In this document: piece by piece, positions 1 to 9,127 of the stretch
Position numbering within the stretch: position 1 is the stretch's first letter
How the letters are laid out: the number at the start of each line of letters is the position of its first letter
NCBI GenBank assembly: GCA_029858565.1
Contig: JAOUEV010000013.1
Span: forward strand, 1-61,543
DNA: 61,543 nt
Direction: 5' to 3'
Origin: Nitrospirota bacterium
GTDB taxonomy: Bacteria > Nitrospirota > UBA9217
Made by a program: the position numbers and the translations under genes
Notes under the pieces: model-generated
Told to the model about the DNA's origin: nothing
What the model saw: the letters and a program-made list of their open reading frames with translations, nothing else
Database searches by the model: none

Positions 1-167
1 CTACGAGGCAGCGCCTTCTATCCGAATATTGTTCATCGGCTCGCAGCTTCGCTCCACGCTTCCTTCCCACACTTGGTCGCCCTCATGCAGTTGCGCTTCG
101 CTTCGTTCGCTGTGATCAGCTTACGGTGGGACTCACACCCACAAGAGTGCGCCCATGCTGGGCGCAC
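1..167 (-). mobile_element. 5' end (domain I) of a class C group II intron, truncated by the window edge
   Basis: Minus strand begins GTGCGCCCAGCATGGGCGC at 167 (GUGYG 5' splice consensus; typical IIC start) and lies directly after a Rho-independent terminator U-tract, the known IIC target. Confidence 0.85.
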
Positions 168-203
168 AAAAGAAAAGGCCGTCCTCTTCAAGAACGGCCT
201 TCT
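168..203 (-). terminator. Rho-independent terminator of the FecR-domain gene; intron target
   Basis: Minus strand AAGGCCGTTCTT-GAAG-AGGACGGCCTT stem followed by TTCTTTT, then the intron GTGCG. Confidence 0.85.
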
Positions 204-227
204 GATTCCTATGATCGTCTTCATTCT

Positions 228-989
228 TTATAAGGCAAGCTGTCGGTCCCGCTCCTGATTCCACTTCACCCAGTCATCCATATCCTGCTGGGCATTGAAT
301 TCCTCTGGTTTTGAGGCAAGCCCCTGCGGAGAGATCGTTATCTGCTGAAAGGACTTCACGATTACATGCCACTCCTCCATCGTTACTTCATGATAAGGAG
401 GCGGAACTTCATGGGGACCGGAAACCGGGACCGGAGGCCCTGACGCAGGCGTTTTCTGCGACGTACCCTGCTGTTTTCCATCGACATACACGGAACCGTC
501 ATACACTTTGATCATGGCGGAATTGTCATCCTCGACATTTACGCGATAGACCGTTCCGCGCACGCCGGCAACGGCATTCACCGTCTTGACTTCGACCTTC
601 GAATCGGAGGTTACCAACTTCTTCACATTCGCCCAAAGTTTGCCACCTCCCATATCTACCTTTACTTTCTTATTTTGTGTTTTCGCGTCAAAGGAAAGGT
701 CTTCCATCCTTACGACAGACTTTTCTGCAAAGCGCATGATCGTTCCATCAGGAAATCGCAATTCCACCCGGGACCGTTCCCCCACCCTGATTTCCTGGTT
801 CGATTGGACCCTATCATTCTTCCTGAGAACGGCACCTGCCTTCCCGGCACCTTTGGCATAAACATAAGCTTTACCATCCACCATTGTGGCTACAGCCTGA
901 CTATCGTCGGCATGCAGTGATATCGCTGCAAGAAAGAATGCGAACAGAACGATGCTTGACAAATAGAACAGTCTTTTTCTAATACTCAT
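228..989 (-). CDS. Secreted FecR-domain protein
   Basis: Signal peptide; FecR-like motifs (SRVELRFPDGTIMRFAEKS, VKTVNAVAGVRGT, IKVYDGSV). Confidence 0.8.
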   Translation of the reverse strand: MSIRKRLFYLSSIVLFAFFLAAISLHADDSQAVATMVDGKAYVYAKGAGKAGAVLRKNDRVQSNQEIRVGERSRVELRFPDGTIMRFAEKSVVRMEDLSFDAKTQNKKVKVDMGGGKLWANVKKLVTSDSKVEVKTVNAVAGVRGTVYRVNVEDDNSAMIKVYDGSVYVDGKQQGTSQKTPASGPPVPVSGPHEVPPPYHEVTMEEWHVIVKSFQQITISPQGLASKPEEFNAQQDMDDWVKWNQERDRQLAL

Positions 990-1108
990 AATACAATCCT
1001 CCAGACTATGTATGCTTCCTGCTACACAGTGAACACAGTAGCATGGTGATCACCTGCAGTTTGTCCCCACATGACTTCCGCATGAGGACGATAACACCTC
1101 GTTCAGTA

Positions 1109-2182
1109 CTAATAAACTATAATGACCCTGCAATATTGAAGAAAATCACCTTTTTTGCTCAGCTCCCGAAGCATATTCGCATCTGACTGGCCAAGTACGA
1201 TATCGGTCCTCGCGGCACCTGCTGCCTTTACTCCTCTTATCACGGCCGGGTTATCAGTGACACGGAAATTATTAGCTGCAGCGTTCACATCCTTCGCGTA
1301 TCCAGCGACGCCCTGCTCCACCGCATTCGTTCTGGTAACAACTTGTCCGACATAAATCTCCTGGCCCTGGGCGTCTATGATCTTCGGCAACAGCGCAGGC
1401 TTCAGACCGAGCCCTCTGCCATCAATGACTATGCCTGTTGCTTTGCCGCCTTTAAACTGTGCAGAAGACTGATCAGCGCCCGACGATGGTGTCGCTGGCA
1501 GTGCCTGCACGGTCTTCGGCGGTTCCGGCTTTTTTTCCTGCGGTGCCGGTTGAGGGACCTGTGCCTTTGGCTCCTGCTTCTGAGGTTCAGGGCGTTTCTC
1601 AGGCTGTACCGAAGGTGGGACCGCCGGTGGCCGCTGCTGTGGCATCGATTGTTTTTGTTCTACAGTCGATGGTATTTTATAGGAAGGTGGAGGTAATGGC
1701 ATAGTCCCCTTGGCTCCAAAAGAATCCGGGACAACGGCATCCATGAGCGCACCCGCGAGCGGCATGGCAACCAGCACCTCCACTGCGCCGTCGGACATAT
1801 ACTGCGTTTTGACGATCCTTGCCCCTTTTACAATACCGTCGACGCGTGTTCTGATAATATCGCTTTTCGTCATGAAATTCTCGACGACCGTCTCAGAATC
1901 AACACGAACGCCTTTGACGATCTCCAGGAGATTGCGGTAGGCGACGACCTGTGCAGCGCGGGACGCCATGGCGCGGGATTGCGCTGGATTCACGGCTGTC
2001 GGTGGTGGAACGCCTATACCGGTTGCATAGACCTCTCCTGCTGTCCAGTTGATCGACCCCTGACCGACTGTTTCCACGGCATCAGAGGGACTAAACGACT
2101 GGGTCCACGCCGGTGCGGTCATCGAGAGTATCAGCACGAGAACCGTGAAAATCCCAATTACTTTTTTCATGTGACGCTCCAT
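1109..2182 (-). CDS. LPP20-like secreted protein with Pro/Gln-rich linker
   Basis: Signal peptide; ATGIG..AMASRAAQVVAYRNLLEIVKGVRVDSETVV motif; paralog of 4885-5733. Confidence 0.65.
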   Translation of the reverse strand: MERHMKKVIGIFTVLVLILSMTAPAWTQSFSPSDAVETVGQGSINWTAGEVYATGIGVPPPTAVNPAQSRAMASRAAQVVAYRNLLEIVKGVRVDSETVVENFMTKSDIIRTRVDGIVKGARIVKTQYMSDGAVEVLVAMPLAGALMDAVVPDSFGAKGTMPLPPPSYKIPSTVEQKQSMPQQRPPAVPPSVQPEKRPEPQKQEPKAQVPQPAPQEKKPEPPKTVQALPATPSSGADQSSAQFKGGKATGIVIDGRGLGLKPALLPKIIDAQGQEIYVGQVVTRTNAVEQGVAGYAKDVNAAANNFRVTDNPAVIRGVKAAGAARTDIVLGQSDANMLRELSKKGDFLQYCRVIIVY

Positions 2183-2210
2183 TTCAGGTTACGCTGTAGA
2201 TATCCAACGA

Positions 2211-3602
2211 TCACGGGATAGTAAAATCCTGGACCGTTTCCTTGCCCGCGATCACTGAAACTTGTTGGTTCACGGTCCTGCCTCCTACGGTGACGGATAA
2301 TTTGTATTGTCCGGGAGAAAGCCCTTCTATCCGGTAGGTGCCATCCTGATCAATAGGTATGCCGAAGCTAGTGGTACCATCACGATAAAAGACATCTCCC
2401 TCGTCCAGAGGCTTTCCGTTAGAGCCGGTCACCTTTCCCCGGATAACGCCACCTGGAGCGAGGATAAAATCCTTTCGATATACCTTGCCTTGCTCGATAT
2501 CTACAGCATAGGACGATTTTGCGAATCCGGAACCCTTCAATTCTAAGCGATATTTTCCTGCGTTGGCTACCGCAACAACGTATCTTCCATCGCTGAAAGG
2601 ATGTTGAGTGCCCCTACCGTCTTTCCAAAGCACCGCTGTCCCTTTTGCGACCGTTCCCCCTGAAGACGCGTGCACCTGCCCTGAAATCAGAGCTGTATGT
2701 TGTCTGTCGTCCAGTCGTCGCCCAAGCCGTTTCTCTTTAGGAAACGGCAGTTCATCTACCATCACGGTACGGTCTTCCTCCTTAAAGATCGTAAAGAAGG
2801 TGGCTTTGTCCACATCGAGAAAACCGCCCTTGTAGACACCGGGCATTTCAATACCGTCAAGACGAAGAATGATATGGAAGGGATCAACAAAATGCTGGGA
2901 ATGCTCGGCATCACTGAAGACCCATCCCGTGTCAGGATAATATATTTCTAGATAAGCGTGAAAACCGCCGTCGTTTACCTTTACGCCCCAATATTCCTTG
3001 GAAAATCCCCATTCGTATCCCGGCGGCAGGTACCCGTGGGCGACCCGTGCAGGAATGCCCGCCGCACGGAGCATTGCGACAGCAAGATTCGAGTAGCCGA
3101 CGCAATAGGCCTTGCGAAATTTGAATGCTGAAACAGCATCAGCAGGAACAGTAATGGACGAATCAAAGGTCAGACTATCGGCAATCCATGAGAGAATGCT
3201 GTTCGCTGCTTCATGAGCATACCGGCTTCCCGCGGTTATTTCCTGTGCTTTACGCATGAGAGCGCCATCGTTCGACTGGCGGTCCTTTTCCGATGCGAGA
3301 TACTGTCGATAGTTCGCCGGGATCAGCCCTGAGGGGATGGGAAAAGGGACCCTTGTTTTCAAGGGGGTCATCCGGGACGTGACCTGAACACGCTTGCTGA
3401 ACTCATCCTGACTGATCACCTTCTGGCTGAAGGATTCGTTCGAATAATCGGGAATGAATGCGACACCGCGTGGATTTACGATGTCATAGATCACCGTATG
3501 CTCCCCTTCCAGGATCTTAAGATCCGCAGAAGCACTGATTGGAATAAGGATTGCCCCGGTGACAATGATGACCTGTAGGATATAGCGTATTATATTGTAC
3601 AT
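2211..3602 (-). CDS. Secreted transglutaminase-like protein with C-terminal carboxypeptidase-regulatory-like beta domains
   Basis: AYCVGYSNLAVAMLRAAGIPARVAHG (catalytic Cys), FHAYLEIY (His), WVFSDA (Asp); GKVTGSNGKPL-type repeats. Confidence 0.8.
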   Translation of the reverse strand: MYNIIRYILQVIIVTGAILIPISASADLKILEGEHTVIYDIVNPRGVAFIPDYSNESFSQKVISQDEFSKRVQVTSRMTPLKTRVPFPIPSGLIPANYRQYLASEKDRQSNDGALMRKAQEITAGSRYAHEAANSILSWIADSLTFDSSITVPADAVSAFKFRKAYCVGYSNLAVAMLRAAGIPARVAHGYLPPGYEWGFSKEYWGVKVNDGGFHAYLEIYYPDTGWVFSDAEHSQHFVDPFHIILRLDGIEMPGVYKGGFLDVDKATFFTIFKEEDRTVMVDELPFPKEKRLGRRLDDRQHTALISGQVHASSGGTVAKGTAVLWKDGRGTQHPFSDGRYVVAVANAGKYRLELKGSGFAKSSYAVDIEQGKVYRKDFILAPGGVIRGKVTGSNGKPLDEGDVFYRDGTTSFGIPIDQDGTYRIEGLSPGQYKLSVTVGGRTVNQQVSVIAGKETVQDFTIP

Positions 3603-3605
3603 AAT

Positions 3606-3641
3606 AAAAAGAGCCCGCTCCCCACCTGAAGGAGAGCGGGC
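3606..3641 (-). terminator. Probable Rho-independent terminator/attenuator
   Basis: GCCCGCTC...GAGCGGGC stem followed by a T-run on the minus strand, downstream of the TPR gene. Confidence 0.6.
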
Positions 3642-3654
3642 CGTTTACCTACTT

Positions 3655-4830
3655 TCAGAATTTCAGCTGACTCTTGAATTCACGGATCGCAAGTAATGCG
3701 TCCGCTCCGGTCACTGCGTCTCCAGGACGGAACTCACCGGTCGCTTTGTCCGCTTCCAGGAAATTCCTGGATGTTACGGTCATAACGGCGCTGAATGCGT
3801 AGTGATCGTTCCGCACATCGGGGAAAGGCGATGTGGCGCCCAGGAACTTGGTGGCCAGTTTTTCATCACCTGTCACCTTGATCAGGATGTCCTCGAGCAT
3901 GAGGGCAAACTCTGCCTTGGTGATCAGTTTATCTGGTTCAAAGGTATGGTTCGGTCCAGCTTCTAGTCCACGGATCTGCAACTTAAGCACGGTCTCGATG
4001 CTCGGTTTGAGCCAGTGGTCCTGGATATCGGTCGCCGCAGCCATTTTCACCGTACTTTCCGGTGAGAACCGCGTGCTTGATTCGGTCGGGGCCTTGAACG
4101 AGGTATCATAGGTCTTGGTCCCCCGTTTGGTGAAAAGCTTTTCAATGTTCATCTCCTGGTCGAACAGCGCCGCAACATCCGCCCTGTCGATCTTGAGGAT
4201 CAATGCGATCTTCTTGCCTATTTCACTGCCCGGCGCCGCGCGCTGGATCTTCTGGATCACCGCCCACTCGGCATTGGCTTCGGCGACAAAATCTCGATTC
4301 ATATCAAGCACGGCACGGAACATGGCCGCTGCCTTGTCGAAATCGAGCGCCATCTTATAGCACATTCCGGTATAGTAATAGAGCCGTGGATTGTTCGGTT
4401 CTTTCTCGTTCGCGGCCTTGAACTCCCGCTCCGCGGACTTGACGAGCTCTCCGACCAGTTTCTGGTCCTTTTCCATCTGGAGCGCATAGAGCCGGATCAT
4501 ACCGACACGTGATTCGATGCCTTTTGTCTCGAGGCCTTTTGCTTTTTCCATGGCTTCATAAGCCTGCCTGAAGTCGCCTTTTTTTCCAAGGGCAAGCCCC
4601 CTGCCAATATAGCCGAGCGGGGACTTGGGATCGAGCGATACCGCGCGGTCAAATGAACGCATTGCATCATCGAGCTGGTCTTTTTCCAGATACCTCAATC
4701 CCTGATTATAGTGATACTCGGGCGTATCAAGCACTGATGTCGATGGTGCCGCCTTCGGGCCGCAACCGCCAACCACCAGGGCAACGAGAGCCGCCAGAAG
4801 AACGACTAAACGATAGAATCTGCTATGCAT
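3655..4830 (-). CDS. TPR-repeat lipoprotein with C-terminal SLH-like domain
   Basis: Lipobox-like VVGGC, TPR helices, FEPDKLITKAEFA and FRPGDAVTGADA SLH-like motifs; start taken at MHSRFY. Confidence 0.75.
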   Translation of the reverse strand: MHSRFYRLVVLLAALVALVVGGCGPKAAPSTSVLDTPEYHYNQGLRYLEKDQLDDAMRSFDRAVSLDPKSPLGYIGRGLALGKKGDFRQAYEAMEKAKGLETKGIESRVGMIRLYALQMEKDQKLVGELVKSAEREFKAANEKEPNNPRLYYYTGMCYKMALDFDKAAAMFRAVLDMNRDFVAEANAEWAVIQKIQRAAPGSEIGKKIALILKIDRADVAALFDQEMNIEKLFTKRGTKTYDTSFKAPTESSTRFSPESTVKMAAATDIQDHWLKPSIETVLKLQIRGLEAGPNHTFEPDKLITKAEFALMLEDILIKVTGDEKLATKFLGATSPFPDVRNDHYAFSAVMTVTSRNFLEADKATGEFRPGDAVTGADALLAIREFKSQLKF

Positions 4831-4884
4831 GGAAAGACCTCCATTGGATGAGTTGATCTGCAACCGGATTGGCCTGGTCGATCC

Positions 4885-5733
4885 TTAATCGACAAGAATG
4901 ATGACCCGGCATTTCTCCAAAAAGCTCAGGTTCTGTGCAGCACCCTGCAGCATCGCGGCATCTGCGTTGGATATGACGACATCTACCCTTGCATCACCGG
5001 TGGTCTTTATGGCTTTGACCATGAGCGGTTTGTCTGTCACTCGCGGGTTCTGCTGAGCCTGGCCCTGGTCCTTCAAATAACCAACCATTCCTTCGCGAAC
5101 AGCCCAATCACGATTTATCCATGCTGATCCGTATACTTCCTTCCCATCCTCGTTCAGCACCTTGGGGGCCATTGCCGGACGTACGCCAAGTCCACGCGCG
5201 TCAACAATAAGACCCGTGAAGGCCTGTCCTGATGCAGACGGTGCGACCGCCATGGGAGCGGCGGGAGGTGTCTTGGGAAGCAGTTGGTCAGCAAGCGCGC
5301 CGGTCAGTTTCATACCGACCGTGACCTCTACCGATCCGTCGGACATATACTTCTTGTCCATGATCATCGCCCCTTGGACAAAACCGCTCACCTGGGTGCG
5401 GATCACGTCGCTGGTAACCATGAAGTTCTCGACCGTGGTTTGAGAATCCACGCGCACCCCTTTTACGGACTCCAATAGATTCCGATAAGCGACGACCTGC
5501 GCTGCCCGCTCGGCCATGGCCCGGGCCTGGGCGGGATTCGCCGGATTCGCCGGTGGCGCACCGATGCCTACCGCAGTGATCACACTGGTGGTCCAGTCGA
5601 TCTTGCCCGAGGAACCGACCGAGGTCTCAACATCCTTGACTGTTCCGATCATCTGGGCATGCACCGGATTTGACAACACCCCGACCAGCAATACTGCTGC
5701 AAGAACAAACATTAACAATCCTTTCGCTGTCAT
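4885..5733 (-). CDS. LPP20-like secreted protein
   Basis: Start ATG 5733 with AAGGAGG RBS; signal peptide; strong paralogy to 1109-2182. Confidence 0.7.
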   Translation of the reverse strand: MTAKGLLMFVLAAVLLVGVLSNPVHAQMIGTVKDVETSVGSSGKIDWTTSVITAVGIGAPPANPANPAQARAMAERAAQVVAYRNLLESVKGVRVDSQTTVENFMVTSDVIRTQVSGFVQGAMIMDKKYMSDGSVEVTVGMKLTGALADQLLPKTPPAAPMAVAPSASGQAFTGLIVDARGLGVRPAMAPKVLNEDGKEVYGSAWINRDWAVREGMVGYLKDQGQAQQNPRVTDKPLMVKAIKTTGDARVDVVISNADAAMLQGAAQNLSFLEKCRVIILVD

Positions 5734-5884
5734 GACCAACCTCCTTAGAAATATAATTGCCTTATTGATGGATAGCACGTTTTTGTGAAGCAAGAGCAGG
5801 CAAAATGAACGATGTGCCGAATGATTCGCAATTACGATGTCATATAGCACTGAATGAGTCAAGGTATTTTTCCCACAACGGAGA

Positions 5885-5964
5885 TGATGTGAGGAACGTT
5901 TTGCAATGCTGAACGCCGCATTCGCTTTCCCCTGGTCGTCGCCGGTAAATACTATGATCAGCAC
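5885..5964 (-). pseudogene. Possible degenerate N-terminal fragment of cob(I)alamin adenosyltransferase (CobO/BtuR)
   Basis: Translation LIIVFTGDDQGKANAAFSIAKRS resembles the CobO P-loop IIVxTGNGKGKTTAAFG, but is broken and does not continue. Confidence 0.3.
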
Positions 5965-5972
5965 TGTCCGAA

Positions 5973-6551
5973 TCAGGAAAGTCGTGACTCAACAACATTC
6001 CAATTGATATTCGAAAAGAATGCCTCAATGTAATCCGCTCGTTTCAGTTGATAATCAGTTAAATAGGCATGCTCGAAAACATCCATAATGAGCAGCGGAG
6101 AACATCCCGTCAGATGGGCGACGTCATGTTCGTTGATCCATGAATTGAACAGGCGATCGCCTGCATGATCGAAATACAGGACTACCCAGCCAATTCCCCT
6201 GATGGTACCGCAGGCCTTGAAATCCTTTTCCCAAGCTTCGAGGCTTCCAAATTCCTTTTCCAATTTCCCGGCAAGTTTACCTGATCGGCTTAGGGGACCC
6301 GCACCTTTCAGATTATCAAAATACAGCTCATGAAGACGCATGCCGTTGAATTCCCAACCAAAGCGTCTCTTCAGCTCTGCATATTCAGGCACGGCAGTTT
6401 TACCATCCTTTAGCATCTGAAGCAGTATATCGCCGACCTTGTTCGTATTAGCGACGTATCCCTGATAGAGCGTCACATGGTTCTTAAGAAGCGTTTCACT
6501 GAACCCTTTCATACCGACAAGTTGAGCATAATCTTTTGCAGCATAGGGCAT
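5973..6551 (-). CDS. sod: Fe/Mn superoxide dismutase (ChrC-like)
   Basis: Metal ligands in LKNHVTLY, LHELYF and DVFEHAY; GIGWVVL motif. Confidence 0.9.
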   Translation of the reverse strand: MPYAAKDYAQLVGMKGFSETLLKNHVTLYQGYVANTNKVGDILLQMLKDGKTAVPEYAELKRRFGWEFNGMRLHELYFDNLKGAGPLSRSGKLAGKLEKEFGSLEAWEKDFKACGTIRGIGWVVLYFDHAGDRLFNSWINEHDVAHLTGCSPLLIMDVFEHAYLTDYQLKRADYIEAFFSNINWNVVESRLS

Positions 6552-6621
6552 GACGCACCTCCGCACGATAGAAACTTCTTTTGTGATTTTACAATGATAG
6601 CATCTTGTCTTCTAAAACTCA

Positions 6622-6655
6622 AGTACAGCAGCACCGACAGTACAGCAGCACCGAC
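6622..6655. repeat. Perfect 17-bp tandem duplication
   Basis: AGTACAGCAGCACCGAC x2 in the divergent sod/nuclease intergenic region. Confidence 0.9.
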
Positions 6656-6717
6656 GTTTACCACCACGAGGACGGTTTTGCTTGACATACATGTGATGAC
6701 CGGCGTATTACGGGAAC

Positions 6718-7308
6718 ATGAGCATCAGATCATCATCAACCTTCACGCACATCACCTGCTGCCCGGGAAGACGACCTTCCGGGACATTCCGCATTACCTC
6801 CACGCTTCTTTTCTCGATGCTGCTTCTGTTAGCTTCCTTCCCCACGCAGAGCACAGCCGAATCGCCTACTATGGCGAAAGTGACCAGAGTGCACGACGGC
6901 GATACGGTAACACTTAGCATTGATGGTAGATCTGTCCGAGCCAGACTCATCGGGATAGATGCGCCCGAAATGGGGCAGGAGCCGTGGGGAAAGATGAGCC
7001 GTACCTATCTGAAAGGCCTGATACGGGAGATCAAAGGCCGCGTATTTATCGAAACCGATATCGTGCCGTATGATAAGTATGATCGTCTTCTGGTGTATCT
7101 CTGGACACCTGACCGCCGAAACATGCTCAATGAACGCATGATTCGCGATGGCTATGCCGTACTGTTCACCCTGCAGCCGAACAGCAGATACGCTGGCAGG
7201 TTTGTGCAGGCACTGGAGTCAGCAAAAAAATCCGGCGCCGGCATTTGGGGGCCTGAGGGTCTCAAAGAACTACCCCGGGATTACAAGAAAGCCCATCCCC
7301 GAAAATAG
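6718..7308 (+). CDS. Thermonuclease (staphylococcal nuclease family)
   Basis: VHDGDTV, RLIGIDAPE, DKYDRLLVY, LNERMIRDGYA, AKKSGAGIW. Confidence 0.92.
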   Translation: MSIRSSSTFTHITCCPGRRPSGTFRITSTLLFSMLLLLASFPTQSTAESPTMAKVTRVHDGDTVTLSIDGRSVRARLIGIDAPEMGQEPWGKMSRTYLKGLIREIKGRVFIETDIVPYDKYDRLLVYLWTPDRRNMLNERMIRDGYAVLFTLQPNSRYAGRFVQALESAKKSGAGIWGPEGLKELPRDYKKAHPRK

Positions 7309-7325
7309 ATTGTCGGTCCGGCAGT

Positions 7326-8155
7326 CTACCCTTTGACGCATGCAAGAGGTCGCACCCGGACGACTTTACGGGCAAGTCCTGCCTGGTGAGAGGCTTCGAC
7401 CACCTCGGATACGTCCTTGTAGGAACCAGGCGCCTCTTCCGCAATCCCGGAATAGGAATGTCCGCGAACAATGATCCCCTGCGTTTCAAGAGAACGTACA
7501 ATATCGCGGCCGTGCCATTGTTTCTTCGCCTGGGTACGCGACATTGCCCGTCCCGCGCCATGGCATGCCGATCCAAATGCTACTCCCATTCCCTCCTCGG
7601 TGCCCGCAAGAATGTAGGAAAAGGTGCCCATGGTCCCGCCGATCAGTACCGGCTGCCCAACATGGCGGTATTCCAGAGGCAGATCTGGCCGCCCAGGGCC
7701 AAAGGCTCGGGTTGCCCCTTTCCGGTGAACATAAACCCTCTTTTTCTTCCCATTGATCACGTGTGTTTCCACTTTACAGGTGTTATGACTGACGTCATAG
7801 AGCATCTTGAGACGCCCCTCAGGATAGATCTCCTCGAATATCTCTCTGATCAGATGCGTGATGATCTGTCGATTTGCTAGCGCACAGTTGATCCCCGCGC
7901 TCATTGCGCCGAAATAATCCTTCCCTTCCGGCGAGGTTATCGGAGCCGACGACAGTTCGCGGTCCCGGATAGGCAGTTGGAAACGCCTGGCAGCGCCTGC
8001 AAGTTTCTTCAAAGCATCGGTGCCTATCTGGTGTCCCAGCCCCCGGGACCCGCAGTGCAACGAGACGACCACATCATTCCTGCGGAGCCCCATGGCAAGG
8101 GCGGTTTTGTCGTCATACACTTCATCGATAGCCTGCACTTCGAGATAGTGGTTAC
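7326..8155 (-). pseudogene. rtcB: 3' part of host RNA ligase RtcB (interrupted gene)
   Basis: Begins (G)GT AAC CAC TAT CTC GAA GTG CAG = GNHYLEVQ; contains HCGSRG, YDVSHN, HRKGATRAF, SACHGAGR, EEAPGSYKD. Confidence 0.93.
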
Positions 8156-8161
8156 CGCCGC

Positions 8162-8237
8162 TTTTATTTAGTAATTATAATTCACGATATTGTTATTCAC
8201 GATATTTGTAATATTATATCGCGAATATTCATGATAT
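8162..8237. repeat. Element end A: terminal IR plus recombinase-binding box array
   Basis: TTTTATTTAGT (8162-8172); TTCACGATAT at 8181 and 8196, inverted ATATCGCGAA at 8216, TTCATGATAT at 8228. Confidence 0.8.
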
Positions 8238-8586
8238 TCATTCTAGCAGATAAAATTTAGTAACCGTTGATAATTCTGAAGGCACGTTCAAAATCTAATT
8301 TGGAGTATTTAAAACAAAAGTAAAGAGTGTTCTGCTTTTATATATTTGCTTGAGCGATGAAGAGTCACATTGTAATGCGCATCCCTGCGGAACTATAACC
8401 AATTTGATGCCATGAGGTGATTTCCAGTGTTCAGGATGTTTTTCCAGTTCGTCAATTGTCGACAGTACCAGAGACATTTAGCCTCAATAGGGGGGTAATA
8501 GGGCATCGAAATGGTCTTCAGCGCGATTAATTCTCAGGTTGGGCTTGTAGACAGTTTGCGATATGCTATTTCTATGGGAGCATTCG

Positions 8587-9111
8587 TTATCTCTCGGAGT
8601 CGACATTGAACCAGGGCCGCCACTTGCCGATCAACAAGTCTTCCTTAAAAAATCTTTCCGCAATATCTTCCGGTTTATAGACTTCATAACTGAATCCGAC
8701 GCTCTTGGCAATGAGCTCCAAAGGTTTCTTTTCGTTTGGAAAGATATGTTCAATTCCGTATCGCAACTGGCAGCTGGTCGTGGCCGCCTTTTGTTTTCTG
8801 CCTGTCTTGGGAATCTTGTGAACGCGGCCCGCAGAACCTCGAAGCAAGTGTTGCGCAAAACGCTTTCTCAAATTTGTTGATTTTCCGACATAGAGGCATG
8901 GATAAGCCAGATCTTTGGGCCACCAGTTCTTAAAATGAACGTCAACCTCTTTGCCTCCGGGACCTGCCAGAACAATGTGTGTATTTGCTGTCAGAAGCCT
9001 TGAGCGCTTATCGATCCACCAGAATGCATACACGCCAGGTTCTTCAGGTATTGAAAGCCGAGATCCATTGGTCAAGGTCTCAATACTTTTAATATCACGT
9101 CTTAAATTCAT
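8587..9111 (-). CDS. GIY-YIG nuclease family protein
   Basis: PGVYAFW...CLYVGKSTNLRKRFAQH; C-terminal E...RPWFN. Confidence 0.8.
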   Translation of the reverse strand: MNLRRDIKSIETLTNGSRLSIPEEPGVYAFWWIDKRSRLLTANTHIVLAGPGGKEVDVHFKNWWPKDLAYPCLYVGKSTNLRKRFAQHLLRGSAGRVHKIPKTGRKQKAATTSCQLRYGIEHIFPNEKKPLELIAKSVGFSYEVYKPEDIAERFFKEDLLIGKWRPWFNVDSER

Positions 9112-9127
9112 AAATTAGCCGCACATT

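Noticed and set aside
33-258. Small ORFs 33-224 and 73-258
   Set aside because: They overlap the group II intron RNA and terminator; spurious.
1010-1105. Two hairpins upstream of the FecR gene as a riboswitch
   Set aside because: No riboswitch consensus I can recognise; an Rfam scan would be needed.
5734-5964. N-terminal extension of the 4885-5964 ORF
   Set aside because: Strong RBS and signal peptide indicate the start at 5733.
7326-8138. The 270-aa and 211-aa (31252-31887) RtcB ORFs as independent genes
   Set aside because: They are complementary halves of one interrupted gene; the VFFSF tail is read-through into the element end.
8154-8157. CGGT shared at both junctions as a target-site duplication
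   Set aside because: Crossover on CGGT yields a -1 frameshift in rtcB; the 6-bp coupling-sequence model restores the frame.
8181-8237. Short repeats as a mini CRISPR array
   Set aside because: Repeats are about 10 bp with about 5-bp spacing and mirrored at the other element end; no cas genes. No CRISPR array seen in the window.
8295-8477. 60-aa ORF near the element end
   Set aside because: No recognisable family, and it runs into the AT-rich end; cannot be supported as a gene.
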